Source of the DNA: an uncultured Rhodospirillaceae bacterium
GTDB taxonomy: Bacteria > Pseudomonadota > Alphaproteobacteria > Rhodospirillales > UBA2165
Reading direction: 5' to 3'
Assembly: GCA_913020445.1 (NCBI GenBank)
Contig: CAJWAR010000002.1
Span: forward strand, 20,275-84,274
DNA length: 64,000 nucleotides
Under the pieces are notes generated by a model. It did not search any database, was not told the DNA's origin, and saw only the letters and a list, made by a program, of their open reading frames with translations. Below are positions 60,845-64,000 of the stretch, in pieces; position 1 is the first letter of the stretch; each line of letters begins with the position of its first letter. The position numbers and the translations under genes were made by a program.

Positions 60845-63202
60845 ATGGATTTTGAATTTAACGAAGAGCATTCGCTTTTTCGCGAGCAGTTGCGGCGATT
60901 TTTGTCTGAACAGGTCGGTTTTGGTGAAACGCGAAACCTGTTGGACGGGAACGCAGTCATTTCCGAATTAACCTGGGATGGGCTGGTTGAAATGGGCATA
61001 ACCGCTATTTCCATCCCGGAAGAGTACGGCGGACTTGGACTGGACCCTCTTTTCATGTGTGTCGCGGCAGAGGAACTCGGCCGCGTCTGCGCCTCGGTAC
61101 CCTTTTCATCCTCGATTTACGGCGCCGCGGAAGTAATTAATCTATTCGGAACCGATGCACAAAAACAGGCATATTTACCACAATTGGCGGTCGGAAAGAC
61201 CATAGGAACCTGGGCCTTTTCTGAAAATTCATTGCCAGACTCGCCGGAGAACATCAAATGCCGTCACGGTTCGGCAGGTTTAGTTGGAGTGAAGTTGCCG
61301 GTCTTTGATGGTGTACTCGCGGACATCGCAATTATCCTTTCAGCCGATGAAACTGATAATGAAAAAGTTGCCTTGCTAATCGTCGATTTGAAACAAGATG
61401 CGGTCAACATTAAACCGCTAAACAGTGTCGATAATAGCAGGCCGATCAGCCAAATTGAGTTTTCAAATGCTGCCTATGAAATACTTGGTGGTCCGGCGAC
61501 AATTGACGGCTGGGCAAAATATCAGGACCTACTCAATCGCGCCGCAGTATATACAGCGTTTGAGCAAATTGGCGGCGCCGACAGCGCCCTGGAAATGGCG
61601 CGCGATTATGCCCTGGAAAGAAAAACTTTCGGGCGGCAAATCGGCTCATACCAGGCCATCAAACATAAGCTTGCCGACGCTTATGTAAAAATCGCCTTGG
61701 CTAAAGTAAATGCCCTTTACGCCGCCAAAATGATAGAGGCCGAAAGTGATGAAGTGGCGATCAGCGCTGCGGCGACACGGATCGCCGCCAGCGATGCCTA
61801 TAGCTATACAGCAAAAGAAAATATTCAGACCCACGGCGGCATGGGCATGACCTGGGAGGCTGATCCGCATCTGCATTATCGGCGGGCGAAAGTTCTCGAG
61901 CTTTCACTTGGTGCTCATAGCTGGAACAGCAAACTCGTTTCAGAGTTGATCCGTCAGCCAGCACCTAATAGACGAGAGAAAAAAATCTCCCATTTCGACA
62001 ATCCGGAACACGCAGAATTTAGGCGCAACGCGCAAGCATGGTTAAACGAAAACCTGCCTGCCTTCGAGAAAAAGCATCCGGGCGACTCGTTGTCCTACGA
62101 GCAGACGCTTGAACGCTCAAAAGCCTGGCAGCTGCTTAAATTTGAAGCAGGCTATGCCGGAATTTTTGTGCCCAAAGAATATGGCGGTGGTGGACTTTCT
62201 TTTGTCGAGGAAATCATTTTTCGCCAAGAACAAGGTAAACTCGACGTTCCACTAGATTTCTTTTTTATTGGTAATGCTCTTACCGTTCCCGTTTTATTGA
62301 TGTATGCCGCAGAAGAAATAAAAGCAAAGCTCATTCCGGAAATTCTCAGTGGCCGAGATGTTTGGTGCCAACTGTTCTCAGAACCGGGCGCTGGGTCGGA
62401 TCTCGCGGGTATCAGAACAAAATCCACGAAGTCGGGTGAAAATTGGATTGTGAACGGCCAAAAGATATGGAACTCGTTAGCACATATTGCCGATCGGGCC
62501 ATTCTGGTTACGCGCTCGAATCCCGATGTACCCAAACACAAAGGACTGACGTTTTTCCATTGCAGTATGAAATCCGAAGGCGTCGATGCGCGACCCATCA
62601 TTCAGATGAGCGGTGAACCAGACTTTGGTGAAGTGTTTCTCGATGACGTCGTTGTCCCGGATTCCTATCGCCTTGGTGAAGAAGGCGACGGCTGGAAAGT
62701 GGCAATGTCGACACTGATGTACGAAAGATTTGATACTGGTGAAATTCCAGGTCCTAGCTTGGATAAGTTTGTAGACCTTGTTAAGGAATTAGAAGTGAGC
62801 GGACGCCCGGCCATCGAAAATGATTTGATAAAATCCCAGCTCGCAAATTGGTATGTACAATCAAAAGGCATCGAATACACTCGTTTGAGCGCTCTTTCGG
62901 CTTTATCGCGCGGCGAACAACCAGGGCCGGAAATGTCGATTGGGAAGTTGGTAAGCGCTTCTAAAATGCAAAATGTGGCCGCTCTGGCGATGTCACTACA
63001 GGATGGTGCAGGGCTTGTTCGCGATCCGGATATTTCACTTCAGGCAGCCGTTTTTCAAGAATCATGGCTTTTTTCACCTGGCTTTAGAATTGCCGGCGGC
63101 ACTGATGAGATTCTCAGGAATATCATCGCCGAGCGTGTGCTCGGATTTCCGCAAGAGGACCGGCCAGACAAGGACGTGCCGTTTTCCGAGCTGAAAAATT
63201 AA
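60845..63202 (+). CDS. Fused two-domain acyl-CoA dehydrogenase
   Basis: Domain 1: PEEYGGLG, R..FGR.IGSYQAIKH..AD, IQ.HGGMG.TWE. Domain 2: WCQLFSEPGAGSDLA, NGQKIW, F.EVF.D.V, GW.VA..TL..ER, IAGGT.EI.RNII.ER.LG. Confidence 0.9.
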   Translation: MDFEFNEEHSLFREQLRRFLSEQVGFGETRNLLDGNAVISELTWDGLVEMGITAISIPEEYGGLGLDPLFMCVAAEELGRVCASVPFSSSIYGAAEVINLFGTDAQKQAYLPQLAVGKTIGTWAFSENSLPDSPENIKCRHGSAGLVGVKLPVFDGVLADIAIILSADETDNEKVALLIVDLKQDAVNIKPLNSVDNSRPISQIEFSNAAYEILGGPATIDGWAKYQDLLNRAAVYTAFEQIGGADSALEMARDYALERKTFGRQIGSYQAIKHKLADAYVKIALAKVNALYAAKMIEAESDEVAISAAATRIAASDAYSYTAKENIQTHGGMGMTWEADPHLHYRRAKVLELSLGAHSWNSKLVSELIRQPAPNRREKKISHFDNPEHAEFRRNAQAWLNENLPAFEKKHPGDSLSYEQTLERSKAWQLLKFEAGYAGIFVPKEYGGGGLSFVEEIIFRQEQGKLDVPLDFFFIGNALTVPVLLMYAAEEIKAKLIPEILSGRDVWCQLFSEPGAGSDLAGIRTKSTKSGENWIVNGQKIWNSLAHIADRAILVTRSNPDVPKHKGLTFFHCSMKSEGVDARPIIQMSGEPDFGEVFLDDVVVPDSYRLGEEGDGWKVAMSTLMYERFDTGEIPGPSLDKFVDLVKELEVSGRPAIENDLIKSQLANWYVQSKGIEYTRLSALSALSRGEQPGPEMSIGKLVSASKMQNVAALAMSLQDGAGLVRDPDISLQAAVFQESWLFSPGFRIAGGTDEILRNIIAERVLGFPQEDRPDKDVPFSELKN

Positions 63203-63230
63203 ATCTGATCGACGCTGCGACAAGTCCGAG

Positions 63231-64000
63231 CTAATTCAAGTTCATGCCGAGCGCGCGGGGCAGCCATAAAGATATAATCGGGAACCAAATAAGGATATTT
63301 ATGCGCACGATATCGGCATAAAAAAACGGGAAGATTCCAGAAAAAATTGTCTTTAGTGGTATGTTATCGGCAACACCGAAAATCACAAAGACATTCATAC
63401 CTATGGGAGGCGTGATCAAGCCCACTTCCATGACCATGACTAAAATAACACCCCACCAGTAGGCATCATAGCCCATGCCGATAATAAGCGGGAAAACAAA
63501 CGGCAAGGTGATGAGCATGGCGGCGATGGAGTCAAAAATACTGCCAAGAATGAGGTACACGATGACGACGGCGTAGACCACAATAATCGGGGACAAATCC
63601 ATGGCTTGGATATTTTCAACTAAATATACCGGCATTTTTGAGGCTGATATAAAGAAAGAAAATATCGAGGCGCCGGTAACCATGACATAGAGCATAGATG
63701 AAGCAGCTGCCGTTTCCTTTAAAACTTGACCAAGTGTTTCCCAATTTAATTTTCCTCGGCCGACCGTAAACAGGAACGACAGGCCTGCACCCAGTGCAGC
63801 CGCTTCAACGACGGTAAAGACGCCGCCATAGATACCGCCAATGACCGCGCCCAGCAAGAACATGACTCCCCAGCTTTTCTTGAGGACGATTAGGCGCTCG
63901 GCCCAATCAACTTTCTCTCCTGCCGGACCAATTTCAGGATTTCGTATCACCTGAATCCAGATCGCAAGGAGATGCCCAAACAAAGCCAATAGTGCCGGAA
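63231..64000 (-). CDS. dctM: TRAP transporter large permease DctM (3' part; runs off window end)
   Basis: GGIYGG.FT..EAAA, WWG......E.GLITPP.G.N.FV, P...LWLP. Confidence 0.9.
   Translation of the reverse strand, partial: PALLALFGHLLAIWIQVIRNPEIGPAGEKVDWAERLIVLKKSWGVMFLLGAVIGGIYGGVFTVVEAAALGAGLSFLFTVGRGKLNWETLGQVLKETAAASSMLYVMVTGASIFSFFISASKMPVYLVENIQAMDLSPIIVVYAVVIVYLILGSIFDSIAAMLITLPFVFPLIIGMGYDAYWWGVILVMVMEVGLITPPIGMNVFVIFGVADNIPLKTIFSGIFPFFYADIVRINILIWFPIISLWLPRALGMNLN

Overview
Mostly core chromosome of an alphaproteobacterium, probably Rhodospirillales-like (inferred from gene content and synteny). The window runs ftsH-tilS-cpoB-tol/pal-ruvCAB-yebC, ymdB-5-FTHF cyclo-ligase-6S RNA-zapA, gap, thiE-efp-suhB, an OmpA + MotA-like/MotB-like cluster, rpmE, trcR, pfkA, purE, def, rpsU, pntAB, pepF, pyk, cheZ, MoxR/VWA, alaS and recA (two LexA boxes). 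There are two accessory tracts. One is a ~4 kb islet between ymdB and yebC: a secreted helical-repeat protein, an MCP, a perfect 28-bp inverted repeat and mazEF. The other lies beyond recA: a solute-binding gene between palindromic repeats, an acyl-CoA ligase pseudogene, a fused double acyl-CoA dehydrogenase and TRAP DctM. The best candidate for a new system is a pair of orphan minus-strand sRNA-like genes on either side of a ring-cleavage dioxygenase. One has a CtrA-type box and a CCUCCC motif, and the two share a perfectly complementary 14-nt segment, suggesting an sRNA/RNA-sponge pair. A membrane adenylate cyclase gene is split by a single in-frame TAG. I saw no tRNA, rRNA, CRISPR array or transposase. 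All calls come from reading the sequence by eye; no searches were run.
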